This document shows, one piece after another, positions 40,705-49,769 of a stretch of 64,000 bases of DNA. Below the pieces are notes generated by a model, which saw only the letters and a list, made by a program, of their open reading frames with translations, ran no database searches and was not told where the DNA came from. The translations under genes and the position numbers were made by a program. How positions within the stretch are numbered: position 1 is the first letter of the stretch; every line of letters starts with the position of its first letter. Source of the stretch: a virus (lineage: Duplodnaviria; Caudoviricetes); IMG/VR virus record IMGVR_UViG_3300020576_003089, positions 1 to 64,000 of that record; one strand, written 5' to 3'.

Positions 40705-41757
40705 TTAATCCAGATCTTCTAAACCTGTGTCATCTTTTTTTAAATCATTATTAATATCATTCATAATATTCTGAGCCCAACGTTTTTGATTTGGTGTCAA
40801 TTTATTATTAATAGCATTTTCAATAAATATTAAAAATTCTTCATCTTGCATTTTATATATTTCAACAAATAATAATTCTCTTACTCTAGGATCGTCATAA
40901 TTTGATTCATTATATAAATTACTTACTGCATCATAAATAAATTTACCATATTGCATATCATGAGGTTCATTACTTAATTGATCTACGTTTCTTACTACAT
41001 TTTGATTTTGTTCTTTATCTGTTCCAAATCCTTGTAATGATAGTAATTCATATAAACCCTTAACAATTTCATGAACTAACATAGGAAAACATATAGCTCG
41101 TGCTACAATTGTTATTTTAATTGGTTCTGGTTCATCAAATCTATTTTTTTCTTCTTCATCTTCTCCTACTTTAACATAAACTTTACCACCTTCAGTTTTT
41201 CTACCTAGACTTAACATTGCTAGCATCATTGCTATTGCATTTTCATCATCAAATATTCCAAAAACTCTTTTAATTAAACCATTATAATCATTAACTAAAT
41301 TTTGATCTAATTTATCCAAATTATCTCTAAATAATAGAAATGCAAACGCTCCTCTAATTGAGGAACCTTGAGTAATAGCATTTATTACTCTACGTTTTTT
41401 ATCTGATGGTAATTCTTCCCATGATTCCTTAGGTGGAATTTTAGGTGGTTCAGGCATACCTGCATTAACATCAGTTACTATTTTAGCATCAATTTCAACT
41501 CCAGCATATTTTATAATTGGATATGCTTGATGAACTATATCTACAGCTGTTTGTTCTAAACTAGGAATATGTGACTTTTCAAAAACCATTACTTTTTGTA
41601 AAAGAGCAACCATATCACGTTGAGAACTATTAAGATTAATAGTTTTACCTAAATCAATTAAACTCTGTTTAGATTGACCCTTTAATAAATTTAATGTTTC
41701 TGGTTTAAATATTTTCTCATAATTAACTTCTTCTTTAATTATTTTTTTATTTCTCAT
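40705..41757 (-). CDS. Hypothetical protein (IIKEE N-terminus)
   Basis: 350-aa ORF. Confidence 0.6.
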   Translation of the reverse strand: MRNKKIIKEEVNYEKIFKPETLNLLKGQSKQSLIDLGKTINLNSSQRDMVALLQKVMVFEKSHIPSLEQTAVDIVHQAYPIIKYAGVEIDAKIVTDVNAGMPEPPKIPPKESWEELPSDKKRRVINAITQGSSIRGAFAFLLFRDNLDKLDQNLVNDYNGLIKRVFGIFDDENAIAMMLAMLSLGRKTEGGKVYVKVGEDEEEKNRFDEPEPIKITIVARAICFPMLVHEIVKGLYELLSLQGFGTDKEQNQNVVRNVDQLSNEPHDMQYGKFIYDAVSNLYNESNYDDPRVRELLFVEIYKMQDEEFLIFIENAINNKLTPNQKRWAQNIMNDINNDLKKDDTGLEDLD

Positions 41758-42176
41758 TATTTAGTTAGTGATTTAAAACGATTTTCAATTTTGTTAATTA
41801 TTTCTTTCTCTTTACCTGCCTTAGGTGCAGTTTCAGGAGCAGTTTTTGGTGGAGTTAATGGTCTACGTGGGCCTGGTTTAGTTGAGGGTTTACCAGGTGC
41901 TATTGATGGACTAGGACTAGTACCAGGTGATGGTGCTGGAGCTGGGTTATTTTCATTCATATGATCACTAGTGTATTTAGCTAAAATAGATGTGCATATA
42001 TTAGCAAATTCATCCATTTTGATACCATATTCACCTTTAAGTGATGTAAATAAACCTTTTAAACCATTTAAAACTTCTGCTTTTACTTCGTTTGGATCGG
42101 GAGCTGCTTCTAAGTTTTCTTTTATTACTTGTTTAACTATATTCTTAATTGAATTAGCTAATTTTTTTTTATCCAT
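41757..42176 (-). CDS. Pro-rich hypothetical protein (VIKENLE leader)
   Basis: PAPAPSPGTSPSP linker. Confidence 0.6.
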   Translation of the reverse strand: MDKKKLANSIKNIVKQVIKENLEAAPDPNEVKAEVLNGLKGLFTSLKGEYGIKMDEFANICTSILAKYTSDHMNENNPAPAPSPGTSPSPSIAPGKPSTKPGPRRPLTPPKTAPETAPKAGKEKEIINKIENRFKSLTK

Positions 42177-42218
42177 TAGTATAATTTATATATAAATATT
42201 AAACAAAATCAAAAGATG

Positions 42219-42341
42219 TTACTTATTGTATTTCCAAATATAACCATATGCTGTTTTTTGTAATCCAATCAAACATTTTCGTATAGTTTCACCACTAGTA
42301 TTAGCTAATTCTAAGAATCGAAGAAGCCACATAAATTCCAT
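42219..42341 (-). pseudogene. Relic of homing-endonuclease C-terminal NUMOD1-type DNA-binding domain
   Basis: Translated by hand: ...ELANTSGETIRKCLIGLQKTAYGYIWKYNK-stop, matching the ends of 43214-44035 and 56481-57167. Confidence 0.65.
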
Positions 42342-43233
42342 GTGCACCACTTACTGTTATACCTCTTGCTGATAGAGCATCTCCAACAAAATAAACATTT
42401 GGGTAATCAATTAATGATAAGTTATTATAATTTACTAATGGTTCAGGTGATAAATATTTTACTTCGGGTATATATATTCCCCAATCATCACCAAATTCAA
42501 ATATTTTATTCATTTGATCAATAAAATTAAGAATATAATCAGCATATTCTTTTCCTAATGATTGTTCTAAAGCTGCTTGTCCATTTCCAATTTCAAAACA
42601 AGATACTCTATTTCCTTCTGATGTTAATGATGGTTTACGAGATGGAGAAAAATAATATCCTACTCTTTTATCTTTTCTTAACCATGAATCGTCAGAGAAA
42701 TGTGATTGTATTGCTTGACATTTACTTACAGCTTCTCTACACCACTCAAATGGATTTTCAATACCTTTAATCTCCATTAATATACCAAAATTGGTCATAT
42801 CATTTCTAAATTCTTCACCTTTCTTAGCATGACCATTATATGAAATATCACCATATGTCTCTTCTACTGCAACATAAGCGGCGTTATTATTAGTGCAAAA
42901 TGTACGAATACTTACACTATTTTCTTCTTGTTTTTGTTTTTCAATTTGGTCTAAATCTAATCCTGTAGTGTTATTGAATTCTTTTTTATATTCTTCTCTA
43001 GTCTTACCTTCAGGGTATTCAAATTTTAAAGGGTAATGTTTTTGGTATAATTTAAAGTCATAACTAATATCAATTAATTTTTGAAAATATTTTTGTGGGC
43101 TTTCAAATCTCACCCCAATCTGGGCTGCGCGAGCTTCAGTAGGGAGATTTTTTTCTTTCATAATTTTTTGAGTTAAATCCATACCAGCTTTACCAGTACC
43201 ATAAATTAAAGTATCAAATTTTATTTTTCTCAT
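42301..43233 (-). CDS. FAD-dependent oxidoreductase (COG2509-like), C-terminal half
   Basis: KFDTLIYGTGKAG, QIGVRFE, RTFCTNNNAAYV, NGHA, TNFGILME, PEVKY, YFVGDA..RGITVSGAHG. Confidence 0.8.
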   Translation of the reverse strand: MRKIKFDTLIYGTGKAGMDLTQKIMKEKNLPTEARAAQIGVRFESPQKYFQKLIDISYDFKLYQKHYPLKFEYPEGKTREEYKKEFNNTTGLDLDQIEKQKQEENSVSIRTFCTNNNAAYVAVEETYGDISYNGHAKKGEEFRNDMTNFGILMEIKGIENPFEWCREAVSKCQAIQSHFSDDSWLRKDKRVGYYFSPSRKPSLTSEGNRVSCFEIGNGQAALEQSLGKEYADYILNFIDQMNKIFEFGDDWGIYIPEVKYLSPEPLVNYNNLSLIDYPNVYFVGDALSARGITVSGAHGIYVASSILRIS

Positions 43234-44035
43234 ATTGATTGTTTTTATATTTCCATTTATAACCTAAAGTTGATTGTCTTTTTCCTTGACAACAAAGACA
43301 TATACTTCCATTACTTTTTAATCCGGTTGTATTTTCAAATTCTTGAACAGAATCCCATTCTCTAATAAAATTATCTTCTAAATCATATTGTAATATAGGT
43401 TTTCTTCTTTTTTGTGAAACCATTTGATTTCTATAAGTCCAATCTATATTTCGTTTTTTAAAAGCCTCACTTTTCTTTTTTCTAGTTTCATCAGAATCTT
43501 TTATACCTAATCTAACTTTTTTACCTAACATAGACTTACTTTTTTTATCACATGTCTCTTTAGATTGTTTTTTACCTTTATTAAGTGATATATGACCTTT
43601 TAATCCTTCAGATATTTTTCTTTTAGATTCTTCAGAATGTTTCATTCCTGTGGTGCCAGATTTAACACCACATTCTGCTATATTAGCTAATATATAACCT
43701 TTATTTCGCAACTCTAATTCTGTTTCTCTTTCTTTTAATAATGCTTCTTCTTCACTTAATCCTTCAAATAATATCTCAGATTCAAATACACCATCATTTT
43801 TATTTACAATATTATGCCAGTATTGATTTCTACCGTATGTTCTAATTTCTCTTCCAGGTACTCCTTTTCCAACATAAAATGGTTCATTTATATCAGGTCG
43901 TATATGGATATAAACTATAAAATTATTGTTTTGTTTTCTTTTCGTGATATTTTTGTTTAAGTTTTTCATCGATTTTTTCTTTATTAGACCAGTAATATTT
44001 CTTACTATATTCTCGTTGTTTGAGAATACGTTCAT
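43214..44035 (-). mobile_element. Free-standing homing endonuclease (GIY-YIG variant + NUMOD3 + NUMOD1)
   Basis: FIVYIHIR...FYVGKG; KHSEESKRKISEGLKG; ILQYDLEDNFIREWDS...GYKWKY. Confidence 0.85.
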
Positions 44036-44107
44036 CTTCTGTTTGGTATTTTTTGATACGTCCCATCGATTATAAATATTACAGATCTAAGAAAAAATCT
44101 AAGAAAA

Positions 44108-44635
44108 TTAATTATGTTTTGAAATTTTAATTATTTCATTAGGTTTAATATCTAAAACATAACATCCATAAAAACTTAAATTTTTATTTTTTAAATCAAT
44201 TAATTCAGAAACATCCTGTAATGTTGGGTTAGATTTAAATTCAATCATTTCATCAAATTTATCAAAATCTTCTACACCAAATTCTTCAGGATCATAATCA
44301 TCTAAATCTATAAAAACTTCATTTAATGGTTTTTTGAATTTAATATTAATATAAGGTATATCTCCTCCTTCATCACTCATAGTATCTATCATTTCAAATC
44401 TTACTCTTTGGGTAGGAATAGCAGGTTTACTAGATGATTTAAAATTTTGCTGTGTTGCTTTTAAACCATTTTTAAATTCAGGTTTCCATACAGTATATCC
44501 TGTATCTCCTCCTCTTTCAAAATCATCTTGAGATTGAAGAAAAGAAGTGTTTAATTCAATAGTTAGAGTGTTATCTTTATTTAATGCCTTATTAATTTCC
44601 TCTTTAATGATTTGTTTTAATTCAGATTTTCTCAT
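44108..44635 (-). CDS. Hypothetical protein with MRKSELKQIIKEE leader
   Basis: ORF track translation. Confidence 0.65.
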   Translation of the reverse strand: MRKSELKQIIKEEINKALNKDNTLTIELNTSFLQSQDDFERGGDTGYTVWKPEFKNGLKATQQNFKSSSKPAIPTQRVRFEMIDTMSDEGGDIPYINIKFKKPLNEVFIDLDDYDPEEFGVEDFDKFDEMIEFKSNPTLQDVSELIDLKNKNLSFYGCYVLDIKPNEIIKISKHN

Positions 44636-44682
44636 ATTTTTATCTAATTTTTATATTTGTTTATTCTTTGTCTAAGAAAAAA

Positions 44683-45150
44683 TTAAACTATTTTTAAAAT
44701 ATATTTTGGTTCTAAATACCCTGGTTTATTAGAAATAATTCTTTCTTCTGCTAATTCAGATCCTCCTAAAGAATCAATTTTAACTCCTACTTGCTTAAAC
44801 CATTCATCACTTGGTTTATCTATATATGTAGAAGCTTGGATAGGAACAATTTTATATTTTTCTGATATTTTATTACCATCTAAAACAATTAGCGTTTTAT
44901 GTTTCCAATTTTGTTTTTTTCTTGTAGTAGATATAAAATATTCATTTGATATTTCTTCTTGAGGTTCACTAAATTTTAATCCTTTATCTAAAATATTTTT
45001 TATATTTTTAATATTAGTATAATGATATAATAATCCAATTTGTTTTCCTTCATTTAAGAAATCATCATCTTTATTAATTTTGTTTTCTGTAGTAATCCCT
45101 GCTAGTTTTTGTAGTCTTTTGATAATTCCTTCGTTTAGTTGTTTTTTCAT
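44683..45150 (-). CDS. RLQKLAGI-leader protein, ADP-ribosyltransferase-like fold candidate
   Basis: After LNE: LLYHYT...NILDKGL...ISTTR...EERI. Confidence 0.5.
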   Translation of the reverse strand: MKKQLNEGIIKRLQKLAGITTENKINKDDDFLNEGKQIGLLYHYTNIKNIKNILDKGLKFSEPQEEISNEYFISTTRKKQNWKHKTLIVLDGNKISEKYKIVPIQASTYIDKPSDEWFKQVGVKIDSLGGSELAEERIISNKPGYLEPKYILKIV

Positions 45151-45153
45151 ATT

Positions 45154-45618
45154 TTATTTTTGAATTTCAAATTTAATTTTTTTATTATTTAGTAATTTGA
45201 TGAGATTTTCATCTGGTTTATGGAGGATAGCTTTAGTAATAGTTGTTATAGGAATATTACCTTGTATAGAAATAGTTCCTCCTTCGTAACTTCTATTAGC
45301 TTGGGTCATTTTATTTTTTATCTTATTGCTATCTATCACAAATGTAACATCCAAATCTCCTAATCCATAAAAATTATTATTATCATGTGGAAAATCAGAA
45401 ACATATACAAATTTACCATAATTTGGATCTTCATACCAATCTTCAGGATTTTGGTTTGTTGATTTTAATATGTTTTCATAAGTTTTAATTTCACCACTTT
45501 TCAAAATGTTTAAAGCATTTTGTATATCTGTTGAATGATAAACTAAATTACCTTTTTGGTATTCTTTATCTTCTTTAAGTATTCCAGCTAATTTTTGCCA
45601 TCTTTTAAATTCTTTCAT
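45154..45618 (-). CDS. RWQKLAGI-leader protein, ADP-ribosyltransferase-like fold candidate
   Basis: After LKE: LVYHST...LNILKSGEI...FVYVS...VTFVID...GNIPITTI. Confidence 0.45.
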   Translation of the reverse strand: MKEFKRWQKLAGILKEDKEYQKGNLVYHSTDIQNALNILKSGEIKTYENILKSTNQNPEDWYEDPNYGKFVYVSDFPHDNNNFYGLGDLDVTFVIDSNKIKNKMTQANRSYEGGTISIQGNIPITTITKAILHKPDENLIKLLNNKKIKFEIQK

Positions 45619-45624
45619 ATTATA

Positions 45625-46143
45625 TTAATCTTTAATTATTATTTCATTGTTTTCAAAATCTACATCTTCTACCTCAGTTTCCCATTCAAATTTAACACCT
45701 TTATCTAATAAATACTCATACCAAGCAACTGCTATAAGAGAAAGATAATTGCTTCCTATATGCCAAACAGGAAATAATCTTAATCCAAAATACGGTTTAA
45801 TGAATTCTGGTTCATCTATTGGATTGGAGCAGAATATTTCTTCTGGTTTAGGATGGAAACGTTTGAAATTATTGATTACTTGATCCATTAACTCCATAGC
45901 TTTTTCTTCACCACAGTATTTACTTAATTGTCCTCCAATTGCAGTGTGATATGTTAATTTACCGTCGCTCCATCCACCTGCACCTAACATACCTTCCATT
46001 ACTTCTTCAGGTTTACGTTTGTAAGGATCATTTCCTTTATCTATAATGGTAATTAATTCACCTGGATATCCGTTATCTACTAATTTAGTAGCAGCATTTA
46101 TACCTGCTACTCCAGCTCCTACTATTACTATTTTTTTATTCAT
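45625..46143 (-). CDS. FAD-dependent oxidoreductase (COG2509-like), N-terminal half
   Basis: KIVIVGAGVAG Rossmann motif; GAGGWSDGKL; HIGSN; ends at EDVDFENNEIIIKD. Confidence 0.85.
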   Translation of the reverse strand: MNKKIVIVGAGVAGINAATKLVDNGYPGELITIIDKGNDPYKRKPEEVMEGMLGAGGWSDGKLTYHTAIGGQLSKYCGEEKAMELMDQVINNFKRFHPKPEEIFCSNPIDEPEFIKPYFGLRLFPVWHIGSNYLSLIAVAWYEYLLDKGVKFEWETEVEDVDFENNEIIIKD

Positions 46144-46370
46144 TTATTGTTTAAATTTAAGAGATTTTGTTCAAGTTCTTTTATTACTTCTTCATATTGT
46201 TTACTTGTAATATCCATTGCTTCATCTGTTTGTCCTTTATCAGCAAAATCTTTACATAATTTAGCTAAATCAATTGCTGCTATTAAATTATCTTTTTTAG
46301 ATAACATTCCTTTATATGGATTATGGTTTGATGATTTCAACATCAATTCTATTATTTCTTTATTTTTCAT
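46140..46370 (-). CDS. Hypothetical protein
   Basis: 76-aa coupled ORF. Confidence 0.55.
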   Translation of the reverse strand: MKNKEIIELMLKSSNHNPYKGMLSKKDNLIAAIDLAKLCKDFADKGQTDEAMDITSKQYEEVIKELEQNLLNLNNK

Positions 46371-46722
46371 TTAATCTTTCTTTAATACGTTGTTCAATTA
46401 TTTCTCTATCTTGTTGTGTTGGTTGATAATCATTCATTAAATTATTAGGTATATTATCCCAAGCATTACCATAATAAGATACATTGAAACCTCTATCAAG
46501 ACATTCTTTATAAAGTTCTTCATACCTGTTTTTTAAATATCCTAATTTGTTATAGAAAAATTTTACATGACCTTTTCCTAATGTGAATTGATTTGGGATA
46601 TCTACTATTTTAGCTCTACCACTTGAAATAGTATTAGGAATACGTTTAATTTCTCTATGTTCAGCCATTAAATGTCTGTTTGTTAATTCTCTAGGTTTAA
46701 TACCTACATTGATTCTTGTCAT
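46360..46722 (-). CDS. denV: Pyrimidine-dimer DNA glycosylase (T4 endonuclease V)
   Basis: MTRIN...LTNRHLMAEHREIKRI...FTLGKGHVKFFYNKLGYLKNRY. Confidence 0.95.
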   Translation of the reverse strand: MTRINVGIKPRELTNRHLMAEHREIKRIPNTISSGRAKIVDIPNQFTLGKGHVKFFYNKLGYLKNRYEELYKECLDRGFNVSYYGNAWDNIPNNLMNDYQPTQQDREIIEQRIKERLNEK

Positions 46723-46804
46723 TCTATAAAAGTAAGAAAAGAATTTTGACTTTTAACAACCTGTTTCTCGTACTATTATTTTTGACCTTTAATTTCTGTA
46801 ATTT

Positions 46805-47077
46805 TCATTCTGAACCTGGACCTTCCATCCATTCATTTTCATCTATTAATGATAAATTGTCAGATATAACTAAACCTCCACAATCATCTTCACTTCTCGT
46901 TATAATTATTTTAATATAATCTTCTCCATCATCATTTTCTTCATCTCGGATTTGCCAATCTAATTCATCACTATTAGGATTTAAAATTCCAAAACCTGTT
47001 TTATTCATAATGAGTTCAAGATTTAATCTAACCCAACTTTCACTAAATCCTGGTTTATTTACTTCTAATTCGTTTAA
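46805..47077 (-). CDS. Cargo module, probably the frameshifted tail of 47074-47952
   Basis: Frame upstream of Met47008 reads LNELEVNKPGFSESW..., preceded by TGA. Confidence 0.5.
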   Translation of the reverse strand, partial: LNELEVNKPGFSESWVRLNLELIMNKTGFGILNPNSDELDWQIRDEENDDGEDYIKIIITRSEDDCGGLVISDNLSLIDENEWMEGPGSE

Positions 47078-47952
47078 TCATTTAAATCAGGTTCTGTCCA
47101 TTTAATTATAATACTACCATATTCATCCGTTGAAACTTTAACTCTTTCTATAAGAGCTTCATGATCATTAAAAATTAATTTCTTTCCTTTTAAAAAGTTA
47201 AAGATTTTATTATATTCTTCTATTTGTTCATCATCATCCCATAAATGATCTTCATTAAACTCATATTCAATATTTTTATCTTCTCCCATCATGTTATCTT
47301 CATAATATACATCTATAACGTTTCGGATATATTTTTCAACTTCAGAACGAGTTAAAGGGTGATTTACTTCTAATTCATCTATTAGATCTTCGTCATCTTC
47401 CCATTTTTCATCATCATCATCATCGTCATCCCAATCATCTGATATTTCTAGCATTATTTCATATGCTCTTTTCAAAGCTAAATTTATTGAAGAATATTTT
47501 ATAGGTTCTTTTATTGCGTTTCCAAAAGCATAATATGCTTCTATTGTAAATCCATTTTCTTTTTTAATAATTTTAACATCATCTGTATGATTTTCATCAT
47601 GACCATCCATAGGTGCTGAAAACCAATAAACAATATCTTCTTTAATATCTTCAGGTTCTAATATAATTTCATCCCATCCTTCAGGAATTTTAACATTAGG
47701 ATTACTTATTTCTAATTCGTTTAGTTGAATACATGCTAATTGTTGCATTCTTTTGATTTCATCAATTCCTGCTTTTTCTAAACGTGAATAATATTTAGGA
47801 TCTTCTGCTAAATGATCTAATGCTATTTCTTTAGCAATTATTGAACTATTGGTATGTTCCATTTCATGTTTTATACCTTTTTTAAGTTCATTGTGGTCTA
47901 CATTTTTAGGATTTAATTTATCTCCTTTTCCACCTCGTAATTTATTTAACAT
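47074..47952 (-). CDS. Multi-module protein: small helical domain (DUF5661-like, from memory) + RMQQLACIQLNELEISNP + cargo + DELEVNHP + cargo
   Basis: HEMEHT...IAKEIALDHLAEDPKYYSRL, then the repeat junctions. Confidence 0.65.
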   Translation of the reverse strand: MLNKLRGGKGDKLNPKNVDHNELKKGIKHEMEHTNSSIIAKEIALDHLAEDPKYYSRLEKAGIDEIKRMQQLACIQLNELEISNPNVKIPEGWDEIILEPEDIKEDIVYWFSAPMDGHDENHTDDVKIIKKENGFTIEAYYAFGNAIKEPIKYSSINLALKRAYEIMLEISDDWDDDDDDDEKWEDDEDLIDELEVNHPLTRSEVEKYIRNVIDVYYEDNMMGEDKNIEYEFNEDHLWDDDEQIEEYNKIFNFLKGKKLIFNDHEALIERVKVSTDEYGSIIIKWTEPDLND

Positions 47953-48478
47953 TATATGTTCTGTTTCCTATTTTAAGTTTTTGAATAGTTGTCCAATTTA
48001 TCATTCTATATCCTTTAGTTTGAACATCATATACGGGAATTAATCCTTTTTCCTCTGGGTTGTATGGCAATTCACCGCCCTTAAGGTAGGCTTTCACACC
48101 TAAACGAGCATTCATCATACGTAATGTACCATCTTTTTTAATAAACCAAACAGTAAAGAATTTACCTTTAGTTGATTTAATCATATTTTTAGCATCAATA
48201 GGTGAAATATCTTTTACCTGTTCTGGTTCATCATCTTCAGGTGTATCTAAATCAAATTCAGGTTCTAATGGTGAATTAATATCAATAGTTCCGGCACCGG
48301 TTGGATCTATTGGTTTTAACTCAGGTTCTTCCTGATTATCAGCACTTGTATCCATATTAGTATCATCAAGACCTGGAATTGGTTTAGCTAAATCTAATTC
48401 GTCTTTGTCTTTATCATCTAAATTAGGTTCATCTAATTCATTAAGTATTTGACGTACTATTTTTAATAATTTAATCAT
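47942..48478 (-). CDS. Leader-tagged protein with C-terminal SH3-like beta-barrel
   Basis: MIKLLKIVRQILNELDEP; GKFFTVWFIKKDGTLRMMNARL...PVYDVQTKGYRMINW. Confidence 0.6.
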   Translation of the reverse strand: MIKLLKIVRQILNELDEPNLDDKDKDELDLAKPIPGLDDTNMDTSADNQEEPELKPIDPTGAGTIDINSPLEPEFDLDTPEDDEPEQVKDISPIDAKNMIKSTKGKFFTVWFIKKDGTLRMMNARLGVKAYLKGGELPYNPEEKGLIPVYDVQTKGYRMINWTTIQKLKIGNRTYNVK

Positions 48479-48755
48479 TACTGTATTTTAAATGTTCTTT
48501 AAAAGCTTTAATTAAATCCTGTTTTAATATAAACATATCATCTTCACTAGAACCATGATCATTCCATGATTCAACCATCTCTTTTATATCTTCTTCATTG
48601 TTTGGGAATAATGGTAATAAATGTTTTAATATTATATCTTCGCTTATCCATATAAATTCATATCCACCATTTTCATCTATTTCTTTAAATCCAATTTGAA
48701 TCAAATTTGGATCTTTAATTTCTAATTCATTTAATATGTCTAATAATTTGATCAT
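48471..48755 (-). CDS. Leader-tagged hypothetical protein (MIKLLDILNELEIKDP)
   Basis: Shared leader. Confidence 0.7.
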   Translation of the reverse strand: MIKLLDILNELEIKDPNLIQIGFKEIDENGGYEFIWISEDIILKHLLPLFPNNEEDIKEMVESWNDHGSSEDDMFILKQDLIKAFKEHLKYSND

Positions 48756-48767
48756 TAATTATAAATA

Positions 48768-49514
48768 TCACTTATCTTTGTTCTTATAAGTGGTTTCACT
48801 AACAGTATGGTATTTACCACAACCATTACATTGTAATTGCACACGTTTTAAACCAGCTGCTGATATACGAGTAGTTGCTATTTTCATTTTCTTTGAACCA
48901 CATTCAGGACAATCAACTTTATCACCACCATTTAACATACCATGATGAGTTTTAGATGTAATGTAATTAGCCAATTTTAGATATACTTTTTCTAATAAAA
49001 TTACATCTTGTTTACAGTATTTAATCATATAATTTAATGATTTTTCATCATTTTCTAACACAATTTTTTTCCATAAATCAAATGATGTTGAATTTTTACT
49101 ACCTAATCCTAAAAAATTAGCGATATAATTTAAAGTATTACTTTGAAATTTAAATTTAGACCTTGCTGCTTTTAAAGTATCTAATGTTGTGTATGATGGA
49201 AACATTGGAATACCATGAAATAAACATCTAGTTTTAATCCAAGGTAAATCGAATTTATCTCCATTGTGTCCTATTAATTCATCTGCTTCATTTGCTATTT
49301 TTACAAATTGTTGAAGCATTGTCTTATCATTTTGATTTTTATCCCAAACTATTGAATGAACTTGTTTTTCACCTCTCCATTTATAACAAATACATATAAT
49401 ACGTCTTTCTTGAATAATGTTGTCGTAGGGTATATTTTGTTTGTAACCTGCTTGCCAAAACAAACCGATGTTAGGACAGGTTTCAATATCAAAAAATAAT
49501 TGTTTTACTTTCAT
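48768..49514 (-). CDS. RNase H-like/DnaQ-superfamily 3'-5' exonuclease with C-terminal Zn ribbon
   Basis: FFDIET, GHNGDKFDLP, YCKQDV; CPECGS...CNGCGK. Confidence 0.85.
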   Translation of the reverse strand: MKVKQLFFDIETCPNIGLFWQAGYKQNIPYDNIIQERRIICICYKWRGEKQVHSIVWDKNQNDKTMLQQFVKIANEADELIGHNGDKFDLPWIKTRCLFHGIPMFPSYTTLDTLKAARSKFKFQSNTLNYIANFLGLGSKNSTSFDLWKKIVLENDEKSLNYMIKYCKQDVILLEKVYLKLANYITSKTHHGMLNGGDKVDCPECGSKKMKIATTRISAAGLKRVQLQCNGCGKYHTVSETTYKNKDK

Positions 49515-49556
49515 GTAAATTTTTTTAGTTAATATAAGATAATATAAGAATTTTGA

Positions 49557-49769
49557 CTAGAATTTCAAGTCGTCAAAATTATCTGATTTATCCATATAAA
49601 ATACATCTTTAACACCTTTACTATTCTTAAGATGAATTTCAACATCTTCTTCAGTGCGTTTTATATTATATATAGTTATTTTTTCACCTTTTTTAAAGGT
49701 ACCTATGTTTCCAGCTAATTTAAAGGTTTCACCTTGTGTTATTTTAGCTTCATTTAAAAATTGTATCAT
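49557..49769 (-). CDS. Small hypothetical protein (MIQFLNE)
   Basis: 70-aa ORF with short LNE leader. Confidence 0.55.
   Translation of the reverse strand: MIQFLNEAKITQGETFKLAGNIGTFKKGEKITIYNIKRTEEDVEIHLKNSKGVKDVFYMDKSDNFDDLKF

Noticed and set aside
43234-45624. Group I intron interrupting the oxidoreductase
   Set aside because: I could not identify intron core pairings, the insert is filled by four ORFs with their own promoter-like motif, and both halves have their own start and stop; not formally excluded without RT-PCR.
47078-47090. Programmed -1 frameshift at T-TTA-AAT
   Set aside because: The -1 frame reads TGA immediately after the heptamer, so slippage there would not reach the downstream module.
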